Source: Octopus sinensis (lineage: Eukaryota). From it: a DNA stretch of 64,000 nt. How positions within the stretch are numbered: the stretch's first letter is position 1; each line of letters starts with the position of its first letter. The notes below the pieces were generated by a model. That model was not told the DNA's origin. It saw only the letters and a program-made list of their open reading frames with translations, and ran no database searches. Positions 39,330 to 52,975 of the stretch are shown here, piece after piece. Position numbers and translations under genes: made by a program. The stretch is taken from positions 1 through 64,000 of the forward strand of contig NW_021836130.1 of assembly GCF_006345805.1 (NCBI RefSeq), in the 5' to 3' direction.

Positions 39330-39732
39330 TTCCCATCACAGTTGGAACCGGTCGGCCTGGTTCGGGAGGATGGTAAACGTCCTGACGGCCTAACGACTTT
39401 CCCCTTCGAAAATGGCAAGTCGCTCATCTGGGACGCAACTTACACGGACACCTTCTCTGCCGGAAACATCTTTACGTCAGCCGCAGAACCGGGCTCCGCA
39501 CCTAAAAATCAGGAAATACAGTGCATTATCTCACCGCCATATCTTTGCCCCGATCGCAGTGGAGACATCGGGAGTCCTCGGTCCCAGAACTAAAAAATTC
39601 CTTATTAAACTGGGGGATTTGGCAAGCAGAAGAAGAAATGATCATCGGGAACGGACACGGCTTTTCCAACGCATATCAATAGCCATCTTGCGTGTGAATT
39701 GCCATTCCATCTTATCCTCTGCTGCTAATTAA
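39330..39732 (+). mobile_element. CRE-clade RLE 3' fragment, decayed
   Basis: [20 protein letters not shown]...WDATYTDT...AVETSGVLG...FQRISIAILR. Confidence 0.88.
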
Positions 39733-40504
39733 ATACTAAATAACAGATTCTTTGATTATTAAAGAAAAAATTAAAATTCAAACATCCATTTGAATTTTGC
39801 TGGCCAAGCTTTGATTTCTGTTGTCCGAAATAAGGGTTATCCTGATTAATTCTGATTTTTTGAAGGCGAGCCTCCCTCTCTTTTAGAAAAGTATTCGAGT
39901 ACAGTCCCTTTTTTACTTTTTCATATCTCAAATGTTTCTCTTTATTTTGTTGAGACTCCGGATTTTATTTAGTCATTTTGTTATCTTCAATTGAGAATTT
40001 TTCTAGTGTAATTTAGTTTTGTAGTCTGAACATTTTGGAAATTCACTATAAACGACTTTAAAGGTCATTTTATCCAAAATTACTTTGATTTTTTATCGTT
40101 TTTATATTACAAAATTATTGGTTCTAGGCAACATGATAAACCACAAATAAATTAAAAAATTTCTTTCTAAGCACGTTTGGAGCTTAAAAACTTTTAATAG
40201 AGGCATAAGTTTCTAAAATCGAATAACCATTGATCCTAATGTGAAGCTTGAGGCATCAAATTATAAACTTTTGATGTGGGACTATTGTGTGAATCATATA
40301 TATTGTTTTACACCAATTTTACATTTAGTTTGTGGAAAAACTCGCTGTGGAATCATAAAGTGAGGTCTCTGTGAAAAAATGTAAAAAACGTACCAAAAAT
40401 GATAATTTTAAAGATCAGCTCCATAAAATTAACTTGGAAAACTACTGAAATAATAAAGATTTATTTTTAGGTATAACGTAGAAAATATGAACAATATTCT
40501 AAAT

Positions 40505-40939
<435 letters not shown>

Positions 40940-42468
40940 CTAAAAATCAGAATTAAGTTTCTTTAACCTTATATCAAAAAACTAGCTTTTTTTGCGTAAT
41001 CCAATTTAATAAATAATTAATTGGCGGAAGTTACTTGACAAATTGTGGCTAAAATTTGTGGTCTAATTAATCATTAAAAATGTTTGATTAATTGATAGAC
41101 TAAATTCAGATCATTTTTAAATTATTAAACATATTTTGAACAATTTTGTTAGTTTTATGGTCTTGTGATTTGAAAAAGTCAGAATTGACGACTTCTAGAA
41201 AATTGATTCGCAAATTTGTAATTTTAATCCGAGTTTATTAAAATTTTTTTAAATGTAAAATGTCAGAAATTTTTATGTGTTGCCCATTTTGGTAGAAAAT
41301 TTCCAGTACATATTGTATTTGTCGAATCTCGTTCTTCTGTTTATTTTCAATTTTTGAGACAAATTCGCTAGGAAGATTATATAAAGATTGAACACAATTG
41401 ACTTTGAAAAACTTAAAATAGAAAATCAGACTTACAACGAGAAAACAGAAAAACGAAATGAAATTTGAAACTGAAATTTAAAGTAGGAAATTCTAAACCG
41501 GAAAAATAAAATCAAAAGCAGCGTCGAAATCGTAAGGAAAATTTGATTTTGTGCAAAAGTCGATAAGCGAGAAAACCCACGTGTAGGATAAGGTCTCACA
41601 AAAACTTTTATTTATTTTTTGAATCAAAATCACCGTCGAGGCCAGGAAACAAAATTTTTAGGTGATCCCGACAATCACAATTAATTTACACATCTTCCCT
41701 CTGTGTTCAGCCAAAGGTCAGACGCATCTTCTGATTGGGCTGTTGCGAGCATGTTTTAAAATAAAACTCAGAACTTGTCGTCCTTACAAGCGTTTCGAAA
41801 ACAGTTGGTTTTATTAGTTGTTCAGTGAAACTGGAGATAGACTTTGCAGCCTTCCGCGGTAAGTTTGAGATCTTTTCCAGATTTGTTGGGGTCAGATATG
41901 ATCCCTAGGTACCACAAGCATAACCAATGGAGAGCTTGACATATTGTTTGTATATGGTGTTGAACCAGGGTTGTTGTATTCCTGTGCATGAACCAAGAAA
42001 GGCCCTTAAAAAGTTCAATATTTTGATAGTTTAGTTGTAAGATTGTCAATGTGCTTAGAGAATTAGAATTTGGTGTCAAAAATCGCACCGAGTATTTCAT
42101 GCGTTTTGTCTGCGGAATTCTTGTTTCGTTCAAAATTACATTGATTTCGAAATTGGATGTTTTTTTTGTTCGTCGTGAATAGAGTGTTCATGCATTTTTC
42201 AGGGCTTAGATTCTGCTGGTCTGTACACAGATGATTGGAAGGGAGGACAACCCGGTTCTGAATTTAAGGAAATGGTCTTGTTCATGTGCGAAATGTCGAC
42301 CAAAGTTTGAATGAAATAAAGGAAGCAAAGACTAGACTGAAAGGACAGGACTATCGGGAACTGTTGTGGCAAAATGCAAGGTTCAGGTAAAGGTTTTCCA
42401 CAATTCAGTGAAAGGTCTGCTGTCCACAAACAGTGTTTTTGAGTTCTTGAGCAGTAATCATGTACGGT

Positions 42469-42803
42469 AAAGAAAAACTTTATAATAAATGCAAATCCGG
42501 TGTTCTGTCAGACGATATCTTCAGATTTAAACGACCTGGTTCCAGCAAAGATTGCAATGGATTATTTCTTCGCGCAGACGGAGTCTGGATTCCGTGGTAG
42601 ACCAAGAACGACGTTTCAGACCATCCTAAATGAGGATCTCTCGATGGTTGGTCTGCGACTGAAATCGACGGACGACCTGGACAACCTCAAAGATATCGCG
42701 CGCAACAGAAAATCCTGATCGAGATTAACGGAGAGAATGTTATAGAACACGGCACAAGGGAGACTTAATTAACTTTATGTTTTCTCGAAAGTGCTCTTAA
42801 TAA
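42469..42803 (+). mobile_element. 5'-truncated RTE-type LINE with (TAA)n tail
   Basis: AMDYFF...FRGRPRTT...DDLDNL; 14-bp TSD taatcatgtacggt at 42455-42468 and 42804-42817. Confidence 0.88.
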
Positions 42804-43642
42804 TAATCATGTACGGTCCTCGACATATGTGGTAGTTTGGTATTTCACAATTAAATCTAATGAAAGAGAGTTAATAAAACATGCTACGACACTCCCCACC
42901 TGACTATCTATAGTTCCCCCCAGTCACTTTGCTCATAATCATATTTGATTATTCCTTGTTTTCCATCACTTTTTCAATGAATTTTTAAAATACAAATAAA
43001 TGACAAATGCAAATGAACGGGCAAGTTGATCGGGGGTTTCCCTTCACTCATAGACCTGATAATTCAAGTACAGTCGGTGGGACCCACAGCAGGACATTAA
43101 TCCAAGTAATTCAGCAGGCGACGGCATAGTTCATATCAAATTCTCTTTCTGAAAATGTAGCAGCGACATTACCAATCAGAGTAGTTAACACTGTATTGGC
43201 CGTTTGTCTTGCTTGACTGAGTTTTACCGTTGTATTATTAAATAGTCATGGCTATCCGCGCGACAAATGCATTGTCGACGACCATCAATCTGCGTACTGA
43301 GTTATTGGGATCCAGAAGGCATATTTTCTCAAAAAATTTCAAGGGATTAGGTCTCCCGTAAAGTGAAGTTCAACATTTTCCATAATTTCATAAAAGAGAA
43401 TACCCATAAATTGCATGTCGTCGTATAATTCCGACAAACTTCCAAACATTTCGAGGTCGTGGATGGGTAGGACATATCCAGCAGGAATGTCAATGAATAG
43501 TCGGCAATAACGGAGAAGAGGACAAAGAGGGAAGGGAGAGTTCCCTATCCACTCTAAAAGCTCAATTTTAATTAAATATATAATTAATATATTTAATAAA
43601 TCATTATTAAAATAATTTTTTAATTACCAAGGAAATAACAAA

Positions 43643-44976
43643 ATGTACATTTTAATGCTATATTTATAAATTAGGGAAAGTAATAAAAATGAGATAGAAT
43701 ACGAACTGTTTGTCCTAATGGACGACATCTTCCACATCCTCAAGCTCCTCGACTATGAAAAAGAATTTCTTGTCAAAAACCAATTTTCCTACCAGCCCAT
43801 AACGAGGTACCTCCAAGCAAATATCGTAGACATTATTTTGCCACCCAAAAACCCGGCGGAGAACAATTTTTCATGTTTGTCTCAGTTTCTGCCTGGCTAA
43901 TCAATAAATGCGGAAAAAATATCAGCTATCCTAACGAAGTAGTATTTTTGTACATTTTTTAGTCTGACGACCCAAATACTCTTCTCCAAACCATTTTAGA
44001 GCTCTCAAAACAACTAGTATAAGCATAACTTCATTTTGAGGGATTTGATAAAGAAATCCCCCTAAACCGCCTCAGAGCAGGATGGGGACTTGAATGTACA
44101 CACGTGCTCAACTTTCTGGCTTCATTGGCCCTTGAAACCACCAACTTTCGGTGGAACAGGTTTGCGGATGTGACTGACCTTTCAAGACCAACTTATTTCG
44201 AGGAATCCAATGATGAACAAGTCACCGAGAACGAAGAGGATCTCACTCAAAGCACTGATTTAGAGGAGGAAGATGAAGGAATGAATTTAAACGTCTTATC
44301 TACTTTAAGCTACAATATTGAGGACCCAGTCAAGTCAATTTTGAGCTCTAAAACTGACAAAATTCAGTGGGAACTTGAAGTAAATCGAGTTTTGCCTCAT
44401 TTGAGAATCACTGTGGCAACAAATGACAAGGTACTGACTTTGGGGGAGATTCAAGGACTGGAGATCACGATTAAGCCAAATGAAGGACTCACAGGCCGCC
44501 ATAGACTTGGCATTTCCCGCCCTGACAGCCAAATTGAGTCACATTCGTACAGAAATAGACAAAAGTCTTTCTCTTATCAAATCACGTGATAAATATTTAA
44601 ACGACGAACTGAGTGGGATGATGACCGAATTTCGAGAGGTGCAGGCCCAACATGCCCACGTGACTGACAAATGCAGGCAAACAGAAGCACGTGTTCAGTC
44701 TAGCTTGGAGGATCTACAAAAAGTTCATTTTTTGAACGAATGTAGATTAATGTTGAACTTGGAACTATAAAACAACAAATGGAGGAGAGGGGAAATCAAA
44801 TGACTGATAGCTGTAATTTTTTGTATTTTTTGAATCCGGCAGTGCCCTTAAACCGGATTAAATTGGCTTCTGGCAATTTAGAAAAGGCTTTGCGTGGCAG
44901 TAAAGTTCAAACTGCGGTCCTCGAAAATATTTTATGGCATAAAATGGGATATCAAAATAATAATTTAAAAATTTGA
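43643..44976 (+). CDS. IFT57: Intraflagellar transport protein 57
   Basis: YELFVLMDDIFHILKLLDYEKEFL, EQFFMF, RLRAGWGLECTHVLNFLA, WELEVNRVLPHLRI, SRDKYLN, MEERGNQMTD. Start codon split by intron 43645-43674. Confidence 0.92.
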
Positions 44977-45237
44977 TTAATTAAATTATTTTTTCCTGGA
45001 ACAAATATTTCATAACAAAATTGACTGTTCTTCTATTTCAAAATAACATTTTCTATAATTCCAAAAATAATCCGAAAAATAATAAATGTAACTTCAGTAG
45101 ATTAATTCTCAAAAATAACAATTTAGAATTTTCTAATAATCAGCCTAACTTGACTGTGCGAAGATTGCCAACAAAATTCCTTAAAAATACATTTTGGGAT
45201 TAAAAGACATAAAACGAATAATAAGCATAGTCAGTAG

Positions 45238-46070
45238 CTAAAGATTTCCATTCGCGTATTCAACAACTTCGTCATTAGTGACCGACTCAGTATGAAATCT
45301 GAACTGAGTTTCCCTGTTCTTTTTTTGAAGAAGAATAAACTCTTTCATTCTCAATTTGAAAGAAGTCGACAATAACTGCGAATTTCTGCATTTAAAACTA
45401 AAGCTTCCACACCAGGGACCACACTTTGAACCCGCCTCGATCCCAAAAATAGTCGCACCCTTCATAAAATACTTTCTTATTTTAGTAAAGTCCCATTTGT
45501 AGATTACTGTAGGCTGGGAAAACGATTTGAGCAGAATCGAATTATTGTTTATAACCAACATGTATTTTCCCAATAAGTTCAGACGTTCGGTGATCTCCGA
45601 AGAGATGATAGTGACAGGATATTCTTCTAAATATGACTAAAATGAATTGTTGCCTTCGGGAAGTTGTTCGCGTTGGGGACCGGGGATATTTTCGTAGGGA
45701 ATTGGACAAAATTGGTTTTGGATTAGATTATAAAACCACTGGACACATGTCTTGGAGTCCATAGCCTTCATGTGAATTTGACGTCCGTCTTGGAATAGAA
45801 TCGAAAATTTGTTGCTTGGTTCGGGGAATCCGAATATTTCACAATCGACGACATTCTTGGACTCAAAAATTGTTGCAATGTCCAAATCTATTGCACTTCC
45901 GTGACAGATGATCAGCCGAGACTGTTTCCGTGACTCCAAATCTTCGACGAGTGCACAGCGACTACGGAACCACTGGAAAATATATGGGGAAATCTTTCTA
46001 CCGTTTCATCAGAGGAGTCGCTCGATTTAATGAGAGTATCGAGGCTGTCTTCTAACTTGTAAGATTCCAT
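45238..46070 (-). CDS. DOK/IRS-type adaptor (PH-like plus IRS-PTB domain)
   Basis: PH-like end HMKAMDSKTCVQWF; PTB motifs YKWDFTKIRKY and FGIEAGSKCGPWCGSFSF. Confidence 0.7.
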
Positions 46071-46330
46071 CTTTAACCCGATTATGTTTATGAATTAATT
46101 ATTTTATTGCTAAATTAATATTTATAATAAATAAATTATTTATAAAATTAATTAAATTATTTATTTTAAAAAATTATTCTATTAATGAGTTTTGAATAAA
46201 AATATAATTTTTTAATTTTTTTTTGATTTTAATGAATATTTATCTATTTTAATTTATTTATTAATAAATAATAAACATTTTTTAATTAAATTTAAATTCA
46301 ACTTCACATTCCGTTTAGGTGATAAAAATC

Positions 46331-46748
46331 ATGGCAAAAGGCAAAAACAAAGTTCTTTAAAAAATGCATCGAGCTCTTCGGATAAGCCAAAAGAAAAGAA
46401 GTTTACTTCCGTGAAGGTTTAAATATCCCTGAAATTCTCAAGGTTCGCCACATTCTGTGCGAAAAATACACAAAAATAGCCGAAGCCCTCACTAGGCTAA
46501 AAGGAGGCGAAAACTTTGGGAAAATTGCTGAGGAATTTAGTGAGGACAAAGCTCGTCACGGGGTTGTAAAGTGACACGTGGAATGGTAGGGAGATTTGGG
46601 GTGGATGGCGAAAGGGTCGATGGTCCTCGAGTTCCAGGAGGCTGCATTCGGACTTGCAAAAAGTAAGGTGGATTCCCCAATATTCACGGATCCACCAATC
46701 AGGACTCAGTTTGGGTACCACATTATTATGGTCGAAGATAAAAAATGA
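46331..46748 (+). CDS. PIN4: Parvulin-type PPIase PIN4 (one probable homopolymer error near 46350)
   Basis: [10 protein letters not shown]...[25 protein letters not shown]...[15 protein letters not shown]. Confidence 0.93.
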
Positions 46749-46849
46749 CTAAAAATGTTTTTTTTTTTTCATGTTGTACAATATTTTGTCATGTTAGATT
46801 TTGATATCAGTTTTGTGAAATTTAATCTCATGACTGAAAATAGTCTTTT

Positions 46850-47310
46850 TTGTAACCAACGGGTGTTGCATTTTTTATTCTAACTATGTGACTTTTTGAT
46901 AATAGACTTCTTAATAATATTTGTCACGAAAAAACCAACAGACCGATGTTGTTTCTTTGATGTCTGTTAAGATGTTTCTTTTTATGTCAGCTTTGAATGC
47001 TAACCAAATATTTTTAATTGGGTTGAGAATAGGGCTATAGGACGCAATCTTTAAACTATAGGGACGCAATAATATCCGATGAATTACTTTTTTGACAATT
47101 TATTTAATTCCTGAATGGCATGGAGCATTGTCTACTACCTCAATAATTATTTTTTGTATACTTTACTTTTAGTAAAACCCACTTTAAACTTGAAATGGTA
47201 TAGGTGTCGGAAAAATAGAACTTTAATTGAAAACGTATCTGGTAAGACCGGTTCTTTTATGAGAAAGCGAAGTTTATGGTCATTCTAAGGATTATGTTTG
47301 TAATCTTGAG
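46850..47310 (-). mobile_element. Decayed IS630-Tc1-mariner transposase remnant
   Basis: VDNAPCH followed by YSPILNPIKNIWLAFK. Confidence 0.65.
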
Positions 47311-47363
47311 AACTTAAATAAATAAAAAAATTTCTCCTCACATCAACTCGATTATTTTATAAC

Positions 47364-49135
47364 ATGTTATTACTCGATTATTTTATCCTCGTTGAATTAT
47401 CGTGCTTCCGCCGGTCTCTAAAAATCCCTCTCCGAATTCCTAAATCTGCCCGCATACAAGCAGCCATGTGCCTGTCAACTGTTATCAACGATACGCTTCT
47501 GTTGGACACTTGGGAAGCATGGACCCGCTTCATCAGCTTTGCCCCTCTGACCCTCGGGACTCAAATTCGCACTGAAAAAAACCCACAACCTCTCTCCTCA
47601 CGAATCAAACAGAACATCAGCGAAATCTTCTCTCTACCAAAGACTTCTCCCGCAAACTTGTCCTTCACACAACCCACGAAGAATGACAACAAGTACCCCA
47701 ACCTGGACTACAATTCCGGGCGGAACTTGAGCGAACGTGTCAGTAGCAAGCTGGCTGAAGGCGACATCCGAGCTGCTATCCGCACTGTCATGAACGACGA
47801 CACGGTCTTACTTCCAACTCCCGACGTTCTCGACAAGCTGAAAACCAAACATCCAGACCCTCCTGTCGACCTCCGACCCCTTGAACGCCCAAGAGACACT
47901 CCAGTTCTAACTCTGACAAACGAGGAAATCAAACGCTCAATTCAATCTTTCGGGAAAAGCAGCTGTGGGGGCCTAGACGGACTACGCCCAGGGCACCTAA
48001 AAGACCTTATTTCTCAAACGACAGCCGAGGCAGGCCAAACTCTACTCACCGCCATCACCACACTTATAAACCGGTTGCTGAGCGGGAACATCCCGAATTT
48101 TGCTACGAAGCTACTTTTCTCGTCTCATCTACTGGCATTCAGAAAAAAAGGACGGCGGTATTCGTCCGATCGCTGTTGGCAACCTGTTCCGCCGGCTTGC
48201 CGCTAAAGCTGCCGCACGACACGTCAGTCTAAGCCTCAGCGCCGAACTAGCTCCACTTCAACTGGAAGTCGGGATCCCAAACGGCTGTGAAGCTGCCGTA
48301 CACGCGGCCCGAACTCTCTTTCTTTCAAAGGACGCCCTATTCCATTGTCACGTGGCTGTTAAACTCGATTTGCGTAATGCCTTCAACAGCGTCAGGAGGG
48401 ACCGTATAATGGAGGTATGCGTCGAGAGGGCTCCGGAGATTTCCCAGCTTGTCTTCCTCTCGTACGGGGAAGACACCTCACTTATCTTTGGGGATAAAGT
48501 CATCCGTTCTCGGACAGGAGTCCAACAAGGCGACCCTCTTGGACCATTACTATTCGCCTTAGCAATCGACGAGGCTGTAAGATGAATCCTCTCACCATTC
48601 AATTTATGGTACCTGGACGACGCCACCATTGGCGGCTCTGTGGAATCCATCACCGAGGACCTATCCCGCCTAATCCCTTCTCTGCGCAACCTTGGCCTAG
48701 AAGTTAACGTGGATAAATCGGAACTCCTAAACCTCAACTACCCTGAGGCGGATTTTCCGAATGTCAATATGATAATCCAAGGCTTCATCACTGGTGCACA
48801 AATAACCCAGCCATCAGAAGCAACCTTTCTTGGATGCCCTCTAAGCCCATCTGGCCTAAAGGCCCATCTGGCGAAGAAGGACATGGAATTCCGTAACCTC
48901 ACAAGCAGTCTCTTGGAGTTAGACTCGCACATCGCTTTCTTCCTCATGAAAAACAGTATACATATGCCGAAACTTCTGTACACGCTCCGCTGCCTGCCAT
49001 GCTACTCACATTCTATCTTACTTGGAAAAATCACTGAAATCCTGCACGGAAGCAGTTCTGAACATTTCCTTTGACGAAATCGGTTGGACTCAAGCGAAAC
49101 TTCCCGTCAGGTTCGGAGGGTCGCTCTTCGGCTCC
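47364..49135 (+). mobile_element. CRE-clade non-LTR retrotransposon, RT region, 3' truncated
   Basis: GGLDGLRPGHLKDL, GGIRPIAVG, PNGCEAAVHAAR, KLDLRNAFN, GVQQGDPLGPLLF, WYLDDATIG. Confidence 0.93.
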
Positions 49136-49249
49136 GGCGGCAGGAGAGGGGTGAAGGCCTTTCACGTCCACCGTACCTCCGCATCGACAGGGATGAGGGG
49201 CGCAGACATCGAGCCCCAGCCGAAGAGCGACCCCGATACGCAGTGTTTC

Positions 49250-49800
49250 GTTGTCTAATAGGGAACCCGTCGATGACGTTGGGTAAGTGTCGAGCCAGGA
49301 TCCACTATGCTCGTGTGCTGCAGAAAGCAGGCAGTCTTGGCAGTGTGGTCCAAGGCCGGTCGGGCCGCGTGTACGGCAGCTTCACAGCCGTTTGGAATCC
49401 CGACTCCCAGTTGAAAAGGAGCTAGTTCGGAACTTAGGCGGGGACATACGATCCTCGAGGCCAATTTAGCAGTCAGGCGGCGGAAATAATTTCCAACAGC
49501 TATGGGACGGATTCCGCCGTCCTTCTTCCGGAATGCAAGTAGATGTGCTGAGAAAGCATGTCCCTCGCACAGTAGGGGATATCCCCATTCAGAATCTTTC
49601 CGACTAAAGCGGCTATAGCGGATATCAGAGAGTTGTCTGCCTCGCCAGTTGAGGGAGAGGTGAGGTTCTTGATGTGGCCCGGGCGGAGGCCATCAAGTCC
49701 GCCGCAGCTGCTTTTGCCAAAAGATTGAACTGAGAACTTAATTTCATCTTCTGATGGGTTGAGCGTGCAAGACACAGATGGGCGAGTAAGCCTATTTTTT
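49250..49800 (-). mobile_element. Inverted CRE RT fragment (different subfamily)
   Basis: SFGKSSCGGLDGLRPGHIKNL and QLGVGIPNGCEAAVHAAR on the minus strand. Confidence 0.88.
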
Positions 49801-49989
49801 GATGATTGGCCCTGATATTGGAAAATTTTGCAAGCCTTGATTTAGTGAACATCGCCTTTTAAAACATTTAATAATTCATATTGTTCAATGTTTAAACTGA
49901 TTGTGTCATTAAAATCAGCAATAGATTTTTCATCAATGCTTTCCAAATAAGAAACATTGATCCCAATTATTTTAACACATCTATCTATC

Positions 49990-51359
49990 CATTATTTATT
50001 CGCTTCTCCCTAATATCAAGGCTGTACATCCTCTGATCTTATTGTCCTTGGCTCCCCAATCTTTTCCTCGGCTATCCCTTCCTTCCTGGAGCTTAAGCTC
50101 ACAAAAATACAAGAATCTATAGCCACACTTAAAACAGTCGACGCACATGCTGCCTTCTTCCTGATCAAAAATTTCCTTGCTTTCCCCCGGTTACAATTTT
50201 TCTTACAGTCCGCCCCTTGTCACCGCCATCATTGTGCTCTTCAGCACTTCGATCTTTTGCTAAGAAACTCAATCTCGGCTAATACTAATGTCAATTTGAT
50301 GATGCCGGGTGGCAACAAGCGATCCTGCCAGTCCGTCTCGGCGGACTAGGTCTGCAAGCTCCTTCTGTTTTGGCTCCCCTTTCTACCTTTCTTCGTCATA
50401 CCGCTGTAGTCCGCTTGTCCTTAGGATTCTTTCTCCCCATTCCGAATCCGTCCTGGACCAAGAGCTTTCTCATGGTATCGAAGTTTGGTCTTCCCGTGGC
50501 TTCGACATTCCTTGCTATCCCTGCTATACAAAGGCGTGGACGGAAACAATGTTTCTTCAGTTATACAATTCGTTATTATCCTCCTGTGATCAACACCGGC
50601 GCGCTTGTCTTTTGGCCGCATCCTCCGAATGGAGTGGCGCTTGGCTCAACGCATACCCTTCCGGAAATACGGGAACCCTGCTGGACCCAAAAAGTGTGCA
50701 GATTGGCATTTCTCTTAGACTTGGTCTGGACATCTGCTTTCCACACACTTGCCGCTGTGGTTCTGTCGTAGATCGGAAAGGTCTCCATCCACTTTCCTTT
50801 CGCAAAAGCCCTGGCCGGATTCCCAGGCATTCTGAATTAAATTCCGTAGTAAAACATGCACTTGAAGCAGCCGGATTTCCCTGTCAGCTGGAGCCTCCTG
50901 GCCTTCTAAGGGAGGATGGTAAGAGACCTGACGGGGTCTCACTCTTTCCCTACAAGAACGGGAAAGCAATCGTCTGGGATGCGACATGCTCTGATACTTT
51001 CGCATCATCATGTCTTTCCTTGTCGGCGGTCGAGGCTGGCTCAGCAGCCAAGAGGGCGGAGACGAAGAAGGCATCTAAGTACGCCTCCCTGATGGACCGT
51101 TTCATCTTCGAACCGGTGTCAGTGGAAACTTCCGGTGTACTTGGCCCGTCTACTCTCCGTTTCCTCTCGAAGATCGGAAGGTCATTGGAAGGGCAAGGAA
51201 CGACCCCCGTGAACTGATGTGGCTTTTTGAGCGCATCTCTCTCGCAGTTCTAAGGGGGAACTGTTCCTCGATCCTCCTCTCGGCTGCGGTTCCGCCTCTT
51301 AATTAGTGATTTCTTTACCTTATAAACTGTCATCTAGTAAAAAAAAAAAAAAAAAAAAA
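49990..51359 (+). mobile_element. CRE element 3' half (thumb, CCHC, RLE) with A21 tail
   Basis: LGSPIF...DAHAAFFLIK, GAWLNAYPS, CRCG, RHSELN, GKRPDG, WDATC, VETSG; poly(A) at 51339-51359. Confidence 0.93.
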
Positions 51360-51488
51360 TGTTTAGTACTAAATTTTTAAACAACAATTTTGACAAAAAC
51401 AGGAAAATATCACACTATAATAATAGGTGTTAGGCCAATTGCCACATACTAAAAAAAGTGAAAAATGTTATAAATGAATAAAAAAGAA

Positions 51489-51998
51489 TTAATATAGTTC
51501 TGGTGGAGGTTGCTGATTTTTCTTAATTTTTGAGTGAGCCATCAAATTCCTTATGTCGAGAAGGACGTCCTTAATCCCAGACTTTCTGTTCCAATTCCTC
51601 AAGGTGGGGACCTCACTAGTAATAACCTGACTAATATAATCAGTTCTAACTTCCCCCGTCTCCATCCTTACACATTTCAAATTGATTTTTGTACGGAATT
51701 TGACCAGAGGCGGTTTCTGAGGGTATTTAGACCCACATTCGATGGCCAGGGAGTACGTGTTGTCCTCGTAGGCAGACTTGGGAGTCCAATAAGTAGGAAA
51801 AACCTTGAAAGGGCCCATGATGATCCCATTCCAGTGGGTCAGGGTCGTGTCAGAACTGTCACAAAGTCCCCAACTAATTGTTCCATCTCCAAAACCTTTT
51901 TCAGAAAGTTCAAGTTCGTCCAAAAGCTTAAAATTCCGAGGTACCTCTGAAAATATGTCAGCATTAGGACTACCAATTGTGCCAAGATTTGATCTCAT
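51489..51998 (-). CDS. UBE2V: Ubiquitin-conjugating enzyme variant (MMS2/UEV1)
   Basis: VPRNFKLLDELE...GDGTISWGL...WNGIIMGP...YPQKPPLVKFRTKIN; no active-site Cys motif. Confidence 0.92.
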   Translation of the reverse strand: MRSNLGTIGSPNADIFSEVPRNFKLLDELELSEKGFGDGTISWGLCDSSDTTLTHWNGIIMGPFKVFPTYWTPKSAYEDNTYSLAIECGSKYPQKPPLVKFRTKINLKCVRMETGEVRTDYISQVITSEVPTLRNWNRKSGIKDVLLDIRNLMAHSKIKKNQQPPPELY

Positions 51999-52068
51999 AT
52001 GAGACAATGAGAACGTACCAACAAGAAACAAATTATTTATACAATTTATTATAAATTAAAAAGTATAT

Positions 52069-52916
52069 TTAAATTAAAGAATATTTAATCCAAAAATCAT
52101 CTTTAATTATATCACAATTAAGTTCCACAATATTATCCCCATCTTTAACCAAGACAGTCCCCTTCCTATACAAGAGTGGCACATCGTTGTAGTTAATCCC
52201 AAAATCCGTGAACAAAATCTCATTCTTATCCCTGGCCAATGTCCCCTACAACTTAAAAATGTCCCCCCACTCGAAGGACCTCTTCACTCTCCCTTCTACT
52301 TTTCCCGCCTTGTTGAACCAAGGCCCAGAAGGCAGTGTTATATAAATTATTAATGTGGCCTAACAGTCAGTATATAACACAACAGTCGGCCTGCCTCCAG
52401 GAAAAGTAGTCCCGCACATTGGCACACGTGGGCAGGCAGATCAGGCGGCAGTCAAAGACGGGGGGACGAAGGAGGGTCGCCACCCCGAAATATTCAGGCC
52501 AGTAAAAGACGTAGGCCGAACTGAGTGCACTTACCAAAGTAGAAATTATTTTACTATTTTTTTAATATTATTTTACTATTTTTTAAATAAATAAATAAAT
52601 AATAAAAAACCATTTTCTTCGCTGGAAAAGCTGACAATTTCGGTTGAAGAGAAAACTGAATTCGTCGCTCTGTCCATAAGCGAGGACAATATCTTTGAAG
52701 AGGTCGAAGAGGGAGGCTGAGGCACGTGACAATAGGGCGAGGGCACGTGGGTCGTTGGGCTTCTGGAAGTTGTGGTCTTCGGAAAATCTGTTTTTTATAT
52801 GTTTTTGAGGACCTGTGGAAGGACTTGCCGTCTATTCGGGCTACTATGTAGGTGTTGTATAGACATTTGGGATCTTCTTCGAATTTTTTAACATATTCAT
52901 ATTTGGAACCAGCCAT
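52069..52916 (-). CDS. THG1L: tRNA-His guanylyltransferase
   Basis: [57 protein letters not shown]. Confidence 0.95.
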
Positions 52917-52975
52917 GCACCACAAGAACTTGAAAATTTAAATTTTGAAAATGTAATAAAATATTTAAATTTGTA

